A stretch of DNA of 64,000 bases, from IMG/VR virus record IMGVR_UViG_3300030330_006019, positions 41,256 through 105,255 of that record; one strand, written 5' to 3'. Below the pieces are notes generated by a model. The model worked only from the letters and a program-made list of their open reading frames with translations. It was not told the origin of the DNA and ran no database searches. Shown here piece after piece: positions 21,368-30,462 of the stretch. How positions within the stretch are numbered: the stretch's first letter is position 1; every line of letters begins with the position of its first letter. A program made the translations under genes and the position numbers. Source of the stretch: a virus (lineage: Duplodnaviria > Caudoviricetes).

Positions 21368-23806
21368 TTAACTAACTAAACTCTCATATTGCTGCAATAA
21401 ATTATCAACATTTCCAATTAATTTGAACTCTTCTAATTGTTCTAAAACTTGCTTTGAAAAATATGTTTCGTAATCTATTTCAAATATTTCTTTTCTATCA
21501 TCTATTAAGTGTAAATCTTCTTCATTCAAACATATTGCAGTTTGTCGTTCTCTAATCTTAATATCATCTTCACATTTACTCTTTATATAAAATAAATAAG
21601 GTGCATCTAGGTTTGTAATTGTTGTACCTAGTTTTTCATTTGCCCATAATGCAGCCTTTAAGTGTTGTGGTTTATTTTTTAAGTATTGGTTAAATCGTTT
21701 AGTAAACTTTTTAGATATTCCAATATCTTTATAATTGATTGTCTCTATCTTTTTTCTTAACTGGGTTAAATGCTCTATTTTCAAATTGTCACGTATTGCC
21801 ATTTCAGTAACAACATTTAATGCCTTCTTAAGAAACTCTGGTGCATCTTTTCTAATAATATTCATACCTCTAATATATTTTTTACCAGTATCTCTTATTA
21901 TTGCATAGTACCTTTTCTTTGATTCACCAAAATAAATGTATTCTAAATCATATTCAAATTTAAGGTCCATCATCATATACTCATCTGAAACCTTAGGATT
22001 GTATTTTGCAACATATTCGTTTCTTAAGTCATCATTAAATTTAACCAATTTGTCTTTCATTTGTGTTTCTGTACAACCATTTGACTTTACAAATATACTA
22101 TCAGTATCACCATATAAAACTTTATGTTCTTGATTAAATTTTAATGTTGCAAACTTTAATGCTTGTCTTGCAAAAAATGTAATTGCATCTGCACACTCTG
22201 GTTTATATAATCTAAAAAAGTTGAATCCCATAGCACCATAGGCTGAATTAAGAACTAACTTATATGCCCATTGTCTTTTGTCCATTGCAACTTTTTCATC
22301 ACCTTTGTATTTTCCTTGACCAAGACCTTTATTTATTTCTACTCTTTGTAAAAATAACTTCTTTAGAATTTTAGGTAATAGTCCTACCTTATATGAATGG
22401 CCATAAAATAAATATCTTCCACCAAATAGAGTTTCATCTTCACCTGTATCAATAAAATCAGTATCTTCTTCCTTTAGCTTGTCAACTATTTCTTGTATAT
22501 TCATACCCATATTGTCACATTGTTCCTTTGAACAAATAAATGTTTCTGGGCTAATATTGAATGACATAATACTTGTAGGATATAGTGATGTATAGTCCAT
22601 AACAGTAACATCTTTATGTCTACCAGGTTCAGTAGGGTTAAATACGATTGCACCTGCATAGTTTTTTCTAGGACGTGTTATCCTATTAGGAAATATAATT
22701 TTATTGTGATTATCTTTTAAGATATAACTATCAACAACAACGGATTTGAAAAAACACATTGGCATTTGTTCTACACCACTAATTGATTGTAGAGTACAAT
22801 ATAAATCAAACAATTGTATCTTTTCATCTATTTCTTTTAGTATTTGTACATCACGTATACCATATTTTATAAATCCGTCAAAGTTATTTAACCAATCCTT
22901 CCAAGTAACCTCAGTGAGCTTTTCCATTTCACCTTCACCAAGTATTTCTTTTGATGCAGTTGCAAGTTTCCAATTAGGAAGGTTGTAGTTCATATCTTGT
23001 AATGCTTCCATCATATCAACATGGTCTAATCCTCGTATATTGATTCTCCAATAATCTCCCTTTTTTCTCATGTAAATATCTTTAACTGGAGATATATCTT
23101 CATAAGGCAATCCTAATTTTTTACACCTATTGATAATGTATGGCATATCAAATCCAGAACAGAACCAACCTGTTAGTACATCACAGTGACTGACATTTAT
23201 AAGGTTTATGAAACCCATAATTACATCTTCTTCTGTTTTACACATAACATATGTTGTACCATTTTCAGTATACATTTTTGGCTGTTCATATTGCTCAGTT
23301 AATTCTGGATGCCATGCAAATACAAAATACGATTTCTTTTCTGTTGAGTAACACTGAATTGATGTAATTGGTTGTTCAGCCCGTTCTGGCTTATTACTAT
23401 CTGGGTTTTCCAAATCAACATGACACTCAATATCATAATACATTTTATGTCTTTTGTCTGACCATTCTAGGTTTTTATCTAACATAAACTTAAACTCTGG
23501 AGAAACATCTGCTTCATATGTTTTCATACCAAACTTTCTAGATATTTCATTACGATTTTTTATTGAATTGTAATAAACTCTATTAACCTTTTCTCCATAA
23601 AAGCTATCATAAAATTGAGTGTCACTAAAGTCTAATCCATTGACTCCCATAATGTCTTCAATGTTATCGGCTGAATAATAGAAGTAGTCTCTTACCTTGT
23701 CAACCTTTGTGACAAACTTTCCATCTTCATCATAACCAAATTGATAAATGTTCCACATTCCTTTGTCGAACCTTGATGTAATACGTGATATTTTGAATTT
23801 ATTCAT
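21368..23806 (-). CDS. family B DNA polymerase
   Basis: ExoI DIE, ExoII GWFCSGFD, ExoIII YGIRD, pol motifs DYTSLYP, KLVLNSAYG, YGDTDS. Start moved to ATG 23806 because the longer ORF overlaps the tRNA. Confidence 0.95.
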   Translation of the reverse strand: MNKFKISRITSRFDKGMWNIYQFGYDEDGKFVTKVDKVRDYFYYSADNIEDIMGVNGLDFSDTQFYDSFYGEKVNRVYYNSIKNRNEISRKFGMKTYEADVSPEFKFMLDKNLEWSDKRHKMYYDIECHVDLENPDSNKPERAEQPITSIQCYSTEKKSYFVFAWHPELTEQYEQPKMYTENGTTYVMCKTEEDVIMGFINLINVSHCDVLTGWFCSGFDMPYIINRCKKLGLPYEDISPVKDIYMRKKGDYWRINIRGLDHVDMMEALQDMNYNLPNWKLATASKEILGEGEMEKLTEVTWKDWLNNFDGFIKYGIRDVQILKEIDEKIQLFDLYCTLQSISGVEQMPMCFFKSVVVDSYILKDNHNKIIFPNRITRPRKNYAGAIVFNPTEPGRHKDVTVMDYTSLYPTSIMSFNISPETFICSKEQCDNMGMNIQEIVDKLKEEDTDFIDTGEDETLFGGRYLFYGHSYKVGLLPKILKKLFLQRVEINKGLGQGKYKGDEKVAMDKRQWAYKLVLNSAYGAMGFNFFRLYKPECADAITFFARQALKFATLKFNQEHKVLYGDTDSIFVKSNGCTETQMKDKLVKFNDDLRNEYVAKYNPKVSDEYMMMDLKFEYDLEYIYFGESKKRYYAIIRDTGKKYIRGMNIIRKDAPEFLKKALNVVTEMAIRDNLKIEHLTQLRKKIETINYKDIGISKKFTKRFNQYLKNKPQHLKAALWANEKLGTTITNLDAPYLFYIKSKCEDDIKIRERQTAICLNEEDLHLIDDRKEIFEIDYETYFSKQVLEQLEEFKLIGNVDNLLQQYESLVS

Positions 23807-23850
23807 ATAGTATAATATAACTAATTTTTTTGATATATAAAAATTATTTG

Positions 23851-23925
23851 GGTGGTAAATGAGAATCGAACTCACAACCTTTGGAACCACAATCCAGTGC
23901 TCTAACCTATTGAGCTATTACCACC
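23851..23925 (-). tRNA. tRNA-His (GUG)
   Basis: G-1 plus acceptor stem GTGGTAA/TTACCAC with C73, D arm GCTC/GAGC, anticodon loop TTGTGGT, T arm GTGAG-TTCGATT-CTCAT; full CCA not encoded. Confidence 0.93.
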
Positions 23926-23927
23926 AT

Positions 23928-24116
23928 TTATTTTGCAAATCCACAATAAACTAAACCACCACCCATTGATGTAAGACACATAAAGAATCCTATTTCGTTT
24001 AGTGGGTCTGCAAAGTTTATGTAATTTAATATTTCACCTGTACCTGTAATGTATGCAAGGTATAGACAAAATATTCCACTTAAAACTAATAATGCATTGT
24101 TGATAAAATTTTTCAT
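23928..24116 (-). CDS. small membrane protein
   Basis: two hydrophobic segments; preceded by a promoter motif. Confidence 0.65.
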   Translation of the reverse strand: MKNFINNALLVLSGIFCLYLAYITGTGEILNYINFADPLNEIGFFMCLTSMGGGLVYCGFAK

Positions 24117-24204
24117 ATTGTAACCATTTTGATTTATATAATAAATATAACTATTTTTTCCTAATTAATGCTATGTTTTTTATAAAGTTATTAACAACTT
24201 AATG

Positions 24205-24570
24205 TTAAATACTTATTTCATTATCCAATTTAATTCCTGGAAATACAACCGACCAAATCTTTCTAATAATTGGTCTTCCACCATAATCATCTCCATCATC
24301 ATCTTCATAAAGGTCCAATTCTGCAACGATGTCTTCACCACTAAACAGTTCAACCATAGCTTCACCATGAGCTTGCATTGCAACTCTTATGTAAGGTTCA
24401 TATGTTCTATTTCCTTCAATATCAGTGCAAGATGTAAATCTCATATCATATTGAAATCCAGGTATTAATGTATTGGCTACACTCTTTACATGTTGAAGCC
24501 ATTCAACTACATCTACATAATGTCCCATTTCTTTGGAATAAACCATTCCATCTGTCATTTCATTTTTCAT
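24205..24570 (-). CDS. hypothetical protein (acidic)
   Basis: 121 aa ORF preceded by a promoter motif. Confidence 0.7.
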   Translation of the reverse strand: MKNEMTDGMVYSKEMGHYVDVVEWLQHVKSVANTLIPGFQYDMRFTSCTDIEGNRTYEPYIRVAMQAHGEAMVELFSGEDIVAELDLYEDDDGDDYGGRPIIRKIWSVVFPGIKLDNEISI

Positions 24571-24664
24571 AGTATTATCAATTATTTATATATAAATATA
24601 ACTAGAATTGTTGGGAAAAAAAAATATTTTCACAGTTATTTTTACTAAAATATGAAAAAAGTTA

Positions 24665-24892
24665 TTAACAAGGATTGTTTACATAGTATTCTATGAGATT
24701 TATTATCTTTTCTGCATCAGAATCATCACATTGTTTATAACTTTTTCCCATTTTACTTTTAATTCTTTCAAAAATATGTGCATATGAATTTCTTCCTTTT
24801 GGGTGGAAGCGGTGAGGAGGTAATTTACCTTTTAGTTCATCACCTGCCTTTATAGCTGCTTCATATATTATCTTTTGAACCTCTGGTGACAT
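24665..24892 (-). CDS. hypothetical protein
   Basis: 75 aa ORF at the end of the modification operon. Confidence 0.7.
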   Translation of the reverse strand: MSPEVQKIIYEAAIKAGDELKGKLPPHRFHPKGRNSYAHIFERIKSKMGKSYKQCDDSDAEKIINLIEYYVNNPC

Positions 24893-24893
24893 A

Positions 24894-26117
24894 TTAAAAT
24901 AACGATGTCTGTAATGATTCTTGAATAATCTTTTGATTTGTATTGTCTTGTTTTACAAAGAAACCATCAGCAGTTGGTAATTCACCATTTATATATTTTA
25001 CAACTTGTTCAGTCATATCTCTTGCAGTACATGTAGGTACATTTTGTGCAATATGATTTACTTGCTTTACGTCTTCAATTACAAAGTCATGTGGTAGTCC
25101 CATTAGGTGTAAAAATTCTCTAACATTCAAATACCTATTTTCTGTTGGATGTACACCATTAAACATGTTCCTACCAATTAGTGCATTAAACGATTTACTA
25201 AAAATATGAGGTGAACTATCCCAATATCCTAGTCCCATTGACCTCTTTTTTAATACATGTTCTAACATACTAATAAATGTATTTGTTCCATTCTTTTTAC
25301 TAAACCCTTCAGTTGGATAATATTTTTTTAACCAATCAATACATTCATGTACAAGGTCATATTTTTCAAGGTATTGATATAATGTTCCATGATTCCACCA
25401 TTCAACAAATTCTTTATGAGTTTTACCTTCTCGTTCAAGAATAAATTGGTATGGCTTAAAGTGTTCAGTTACAGAACCTGGTACCATAAACATATCTTGA
25501 CAACTTGCATTTTTTGGTACCTCTAATAAATAATCTGCTAGTGATTTACAATCTCTCTTATACCAATCAAATATAGGAGGCTTAGTACCTTTCCAAAAAA
25601 AGTAAAATGTTCTCATTCTTCTTTGTGGTATACCATGTAACTCTGTATTTGTCTTAATCATTGAAAAACTATAATCATATTCTTTTCCAATTGTCTTTAG
25701 TTTTTCTACAACACCTTCACCAAGTTTAGTAAATAGTCCAGGTGCATTTTCTCCCCATAAAACTTTTGGCTTATAGTTTTCTAAAATTACCCTTGTAGAT
25801 TTATACATCCATTCATTTTGTGCTGCATCACTACCTCTCTTATTTATACTTCCTTCAATAGCAGATGAATTCAACATTGACAATCCTGCACAAGGACATA
25901 CACTATTTACAAAATCAAGCTTACCTAAATCAGGAGTATTTCCTTCATCCAAAACATGATAAGGTACATCTGGCCAATGTCTTCTAATGTGACTTTCATT
26001 GGATGCAAATGGACTATATGTTAAATGTCCTACTGGTTGATTTTTTGTTGTCATACTGCAACCTACTGCACTACCACCAATAAGTGGTATTATTGTTGCC
26101 CATTTTATTTCGCTCAT
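24894..26117 (-). CDS. atypical C5-cytosine DNA methyltransferase
   Basis: motif IV CPCAGLS, VI ENAP, VIII PQRRMRTF, IX RYLNVRE...MGLP; motif I is IPLIGG and motif X is IAQNVP. Confidence 0.85.
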   Translation of the reverse strand: MSEIKWATIIPLIGGSAVGCSMTTKNQPVGHLTYSPFASNESHIRRHWPDVPYHVLDEGNTPDLGKLDFVNSVCPCAGLSMLNSSAIEGSINKRGSDAAQNEWMYKSTRVILENYKPKVLWGENAPGLFTKLGEGVVEKLKTIGKEYDYSFSMIKTNTELHGIPQRRMRTFYFFWKGTKPPIFDWYKRDCKSLADYLLEVPKNASCQDMFMVPGSVTEHFKPYQFILEREGKTHKEFVEWWNHGTLYQYLEKYDLVHECIDWLKKYYPTEGFSKKNGTNTFISMLEHVLKKRSMGLGYWDSSPHIFSKSFNALIGRNMFNGVHPTENRYLNVREFLHLMGLPHDFVIEDVKQVNHIAQNVPTCTARDMTEQVVKYINGELPTADGFFVKQDNTNQKIIQESLQTSLF

Positions 26118-27385
26118 ATTCTAACTCCTATATTTGTGTTTGCTAACGATGTATTTACAATGTCATATACAAATGAACCATCTGTAACATTTTTAATTAA
26201 ATTTTGTTGTAATAGATTAACCAATTGTATTCTCTTTTCAGGAACTTCATCTAAAAATTTCATTTTGTCATAAAAATCTTGAGGACTTGAAACCCTACAG
26301 AAATGATTAAGAGGTAAAACATTTCCTTGAGTGTCGTATGTTGGATGGAAAAAAGGTACAACACCCATCATAAGTACTTCAGCATATTTACTTGTTACCC
26401 AGTCAGGTCCTATTGGAATTACAAGAGTATATCGTGTATCCTTAAACTTTTCATCTATTTCAGCTGGTGTAACATATCCCTTAAATTGTGGGTAACCATC
26501 TGTAAAGTGTTCTTTCCATTTACCATATATTTCAACTTCTTGGTCTGTATCACGGTCAAGAATCCATTCTTTTATTGCATCAAATCTTTTATCCTTTGTT
26601 GCTTGACCTGTTACACTCTGCATTGCTACAATTGTAAACTTTGTATTTCTAGTTATACTAGGTTTTATAATTTTTTCATCTACAAGATTAAGCTTTTCAA
26701 TTCCACTATATCTTACATTAATTGTTTTGTCCTCAAATTCAGCATCATTTCTGTATTCCTTTAAGCTATGCCAAATACTTGTTGTATTATACTGTGCAAT
26801 TATTTCTTTTGGATAATTTACAGTATCTTTTGCCTTAAATATTGGTTTAGTATATCTAGGGTCTGTACATATCATATACCAAGGAAGGTCTGATTTATTT
26901 AGATAGTGAACAATTGGTGAAGAATAATTATATGTCATACCTAGAAGTTTTACCTTTGAACTAGGGTCTCTTACACCATCTAAGAAATTAGGTATAACAT
27001 TGTTTGTCATATATCCTGGTCCAATAAATCCTAAACCAAAATCTGGTTTTGTTTCATCATGATTTAGATATTCATCAAGTCTTTGGTAATTTAGAGTCAA
27101 TTGCATATCCTGGCCCTTATCTGGTCTTATATCTTTTGGGTCAAGTTCATCATAGATATATCTTAAAACTCCACGTGGGTCATATTCTTGCTTTTCAAAC
27201 ATATCAAGTTTTCCCCAATCACTCTTTTGTATAATAAGTACCTCCCCAATTTTTGGATTAGAACATAGTGATTTTATAAGTTTATAATACTCATTAGTAC
27301 CATCGGCACGTTTAAGATTCTTTTTTACAAATTTAATTGCACCACCTAATACAAAGATAGCGACTTTAATGTTGTCAGTTTTCAT
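26114..27385 (-). CDS. T4 beta-glucosyltransferase-like DNA glycosyltransferase
   Basis: Colinear similarity to T4 BGT as recalled from memory: KVAIFVLG, ICTDPR, YSGIEK, EIYGKW, PQFKG, WVTSKYAE, YDTQ. Confidence 0.75.
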   Translation of the reverse strand: MKTDNIKVAIFVLGGAIKFVKKNLKRADGTNEYYKLIKSLCSNPKIGEVLIIQKSDWGKLDMFEKQEYDPRGVLRYIYDELDPKDIRPDKGQDMQLTLNYQRLDEYLNHDETKPDFGLGFIGPGYMTNNVIPNFLDGVRDPSSKVKLLGMTYNYSSPIVHYLNKSDLPWYMICTDPRYTKPIFKAKDTVNYPKEIIAQYNTTSIWHSLKEYRNDAEFEDKTINVRYSGIEKLNLVDEKIIKPSITRNTKFTIVAMQSVTGQATKDKRFDAIKEWILDRDTDQEVEIYGKWKEHFTDGYPQFKGYVTPAEIDEKFKDTRYTLVIPIGPDWVTSKYAEVLMMGVVPFFHPTYDTQGNVLPLNHFCRVSSPQDFYDKMKFLDEVPEKRIQLVNLLQQNLIKNVTDGSFVYDIVNTSLANTNIGVRI

Positions 27386-28958
27386 ATGTAAATTCCTCAT
27401 ATATTAAATTCATGGCTCTTAACCAAAATGCTTTACATCTTTCTGGGTTATCTTGGTGAAAAGGTATACAAGTTAAAAATAACATTATTGCAAGTCTCTT
27501 AACATTTCCTATATCATAACCATACTCGTTCATTTTAATTAACATATTAACCAATATCTTGTTTTGCTTTTCCTCATCCCAATGAAGTATTACCTTTGAA
27601 CCTTCAATGTGATATCTTCCAGAAACTATCATCATGTATCCACAATACCAATCATGTAAAAGTTTACCCATATCATACTGTGCGTCACCAGAAAACTTTG
27701 ACATTCCAAAATATCCCCTAGGGTCTAGTAACTTAATTCTACCATTGTGACTATTAAATAACATATTTCCTAAATGTAAATCACCATGAATTCTTTCACT
27801 CCACTTTGATGTCTGTAATAACTTTAGGCCTGATTGTTTTATAAATTTCTTTGCAGTGTCTATACCTATAAAGTCATTATACATTTCACTATCCAGCCTG
27901 TCCATGTTTTTTTGAATATACATTTCATAGCAGTCTGAAAGTTTTTCCTTTCCTAGTTTATAAAACACTTTGTGATATATATCAAGTATTGAATTTGTAA
28001 CACCTATCCATGTATCAGCATTCATTCTTTCATATAGCCAAACTTCATTTAGTGGAGTACCGGCTTCCCATGACATTTTCATTTCGCCATGTTGTGAATC
28101 CAAAATTTGTGGTACAAATAATCGCTGAGTATCATTTAATGTATTAAACCAATTCTTTTCTTTCTCTATCTTAAGTGCTTTATCACCAGTTGCCTTTTTG
28201 GTAATTGTACCTAAAAATGTATCTATCTCAAGTGTATTAAACTCTCTAGATGAACCTTGCATTAGACGGGCTGTTGATTCATAATATGTTTTTAATTCAC
28301 CACAATCATACCATTCCGTAGTATCTAATAATTCAAAATTAGGTATGTAATTAAGATATTCTGATAGTAATGCTGCTATTTGGTGTTCACCTTTATGTTG
28401 AGGTTGATTCATTCCTTTCTTAATAGAATCATTAAACCATTTTCTATTGTTAAAATAATATAGACCTATAAGTGCAGAATCTGTAGGTACATCATTATCA
28501 GGTTTGTCATAAAATGTTTTACCATTACTATCAACTAAGCACCATCTAGATTTTTGTTCAACCTTTGATACTCCTAAAAATCCTGGACTATTAAAGTTTA
28601 ATTCGTCACGGCAAATTGTATCACCTAACCAAATCAATACAGAATTGTCTTTTTTTGTTGATTTTTTCCATCCAACCTCAATTGCATGTAGTGGCCCTTT
28701 TGGATTTTTTTGTTCAACAAACTTAAATGTATTTTCAATAAATGAATATGTAGATTTAACAAATTCACTAATATCATGTAATTTATTTTCAACAATGATT
28801 ATTTCATTTACATTATGATATTGTAATAATTCATCTAAGATATATGAAATAATAGGTTTACCACAAACAGGTATCATTGCCTTTGACATGTTACTTGAAA
28901 GTGGCCTCATTCTTGTTGCCAAACCGGCTGCTGGTATTATTACTGATATATTAGTCAT
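27375..28958 (-). CDS. sugar-1-phosphate nucleotidyltransferase fused to an APH/choline-kinase-like sugar kinase
   Basis: IIPAAGLATRMRP...SKAM, WLGD, DKP, WYDCG; C-terminal IHGDLHLGN, LLDPRG, YDMGKL. Confidence 0.88.
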   Translation of the reverse strand: MTNISVIIPAAGLATRMRPLSSNMSKAMIPVCGKPIISYILDELLQYHNVNEIIIVENKLHDISEFVKSTYSFIENTFKFVEQKNPKGPLHAIEVGWKKSTKKDNSVLIWLGDTICRDELNFNSPGFLGVSKVEQKSRWCLVDSNGKTFYDKPDNDVPTDSALIGLYYFNNRKWFNDSIKKGMNQPQHKGEHQIAALLSEYLNYIPNFELLDTTEWYDCGELKTYYESTARLMQGSSREFNTLEIDTFLGTITKKATGDKALKIEKEKNWFNTLNDTQRLFVPQILDSQHGEMKMSWEAGTPLNEVWLYERMNADTWIGVTNSILDIYHKVFYKLGKEKLSDCYEMYIQKNMDRLDSEMYNDFIGIDTAKKFIKQSGLKLLQTSKWSERIHGDLHLGNMLFNSHNGRIKLLDPRGYFGMSKFSGDAQYDMGKLLHDWYCGYMMIVSGRYHIEGSKVILHWDEEKQNKILVNMLIKMNEYGYDIGNVKRLAIMLFLTCIPFHQDNPERCKAFWLRAMNLIYEEFTYEN

Positions 28959-29175
28959 CTGTTGTCATCCATACTTCTCTACTATCAGGGTCACTACCTA
29001 TAACAACTTCTTCGCAATCTGACTTACAGACTGCAACAACTGTTCCAAAATCACTACCTGATATAAACTTTGCTGTATAATATTCTCCAAAGTCATTTAT
29101 TACTTCAAATACATCACCAACTTTATATTTGGAATACTGATATTTATCGTTTGTACTATTTGTTCTTATTATCAT
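28951..29175 (-). CDS. hypothetical protein
   Basis: 74 aa ORF in the operon; beta-rich (YKVGDVFEV). Confidence 0.65.
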   Translation of the reverse strand: MIIRTNSTNDKYQYSKYKVGDVFEVINDFGEYYTAKFISGSDFGTVVAVCKSDCEEVVIGSDPDSREVWMTTDD

Positions 29176-29188
29176 AACTATTATTCAA

Positions 29189-29566
29189 TTAGTATGGAAG
29201 GTCTAAATTTATGTTACCTATTCCTTCAGTATCTCGTTTAAGATTTATTGCAAAGGCAGTTGCCTCCCTTCCATTTTTTTTCATATCATTTATTAAGTAT
29301 CTTGGGCCACCACCAAATCCCATTATCAATTGGTCATAAACTATTCCAGCCTCAGCAAGTTGACGCTCTGTTTGGTTTTTCATACACAATCTTCTACCAG
29401 TTGTTAAAATTATATTGTAGCCTTTTCTTTCCCACTCCAATAATTTTTCAATCGTTCCTGGCAATACCTCCATTTTATTATATGGAGATGTTGCTTCTGA
29501 TGGTGACATGTGCTTTACTAGCGTACCATCTATATCACAAAATATTGTTTTAGGTCTATTATCCAT
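29189..29566 (-). CDS. capless HAD-family phosphatase
   Basis: FCDIDGT, TTGR, LIND. Confidence 0.85.
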   Translation of the reverse strand: MDNRPKTIFCDIDGTLVKHMSPSEATSPYNKMEVLPGTIEKLLEWERKGYNIILTTGRRLCMKNQTERQLAEAGIVYDQLIMGFGGGPRYLINDMKKNGREATAFAINLKRDTEGIGNINLDLPY

Positions 29567-30003
29567 TATTGTATCCCAGTACTACCAAATCCACCTGTTC
29601 CTCTGGTTGAATCAGAGTTATACAAGTTAGATTCGTCTACTTCTTCTAAATTAGGTGGTCCTAATGGCAATAAAACAAACTGAACTATTTTATCACCTGG
29701 ATTGATATACACAGTATTCTTTCCATAATTAAATAAGTGTATATGTACCTCTCCTTGATAACCACAATCAACAACACAAGCTCCAACTTGCAATTCACGA
29801 ATAGTTGCAATTCCAGATTTATTAAATGCTATTAAAGCATAACCCTCAGGTACATCAACTTTAATACCAGATGGAATTAGACACTTTTCATTTGACCTTA
29901 ATTCGGTTACAACCATATCATTTGGTACAAAAAAGTCAATACCAGCATCTGTTGGATTTGCCCGTGTTGGTGTTTTTACATCTCTTACTTTTGAAAACTT
30001 CAT
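29566..30003 (-). CDS. dut: trimeric dUTPase
   Basis: DAGIDF, NKSG, VVDCGYQGE, GDKIVQ, RGTGGFGSTG. Confidence 0.93.
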   Translation of the reverse strand: MKFSKVRDVKTPTRANPTDAGIDFFVPNDMVVTELRSNEKCLIPSGIKVDVPEGYALIAFNKSGIATIRELQVGACVVDCGYQGEVHIHLFNYGKNTVYINPGDKIVQFVLLPLGPPNLEEVDESNLYNSDSTRGTGGFGSTGIQ

Positions 30004-30185
30004 TTTACAATCTCCTCTTTTTCTCTTGCCTTTATATCGCATTCAGCCAACACATCACCAATCACTTTTTTACTTGATGGAGAAAGTTCGCCATACTCCA
30101 ATTTACTCAATGCGTTTTGTAAAGCAACCTTAACCCAAGCTTTTTTATAAGTTGGATTCCATTTACGTACTAATTTTTTAGCCAT
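30000..30185 (-). CDS. hypothetical protein
   Basis: 61 aa coupled ORF. Confidence 0.65.
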   Translation of the reverse strand: MAKKLVRKWNPTYKKAWVKVALQNALSKLEYGELSPSSKKVIGDVLAECDIKAREKEEIVK

Positions 30186-30462
30186 TATCTTTTTCCTTTA
30201 TATAGTTATCTAATCCTCCTAAATATGCAACTGCATCTAATAAATTATCTTCTCTATAATTATATGAGTGTCTAGATAATTTTAGTGCAATTAATGCAGC
30301 ATACATATCTTCTGCTACAAAATCCTTTCCAGTCATGCCACTTGCGATTTTAGCCGCACGTTCCATTCCTTCACTAAAAGGTCCATACTGTCTTTCCTTT
30401 TCTTCAGAGCGATTGTTTATTATACCATCTGCCCTTTTAAGTATTGATTCTTTCTTTTTCAT
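30178..30462 (-). CDS. DUF6378-like all-helical putative nucleotide pyrophosphohydrolase
   Basis: SIL..A..IIN.R...RQYG...LKLSR...DNLLDAVAY. Confidence 0.7.
   Translation of the reverse strand: MKKKESILKRADGIINNRSEEKERQYGPFSEGMERAAKIASGMTGKDFVAEDMYAALIALKLSRHSYNYREDNLLDAVAYLGGLDNYIKEKDNG

Noticed and set aside
23807-23890. N-terminal 28 codons of the predicted PolB ORF
   Set aside because: They overlap tRNA-His and the promoter motif; the likely true start is ATG 23806.
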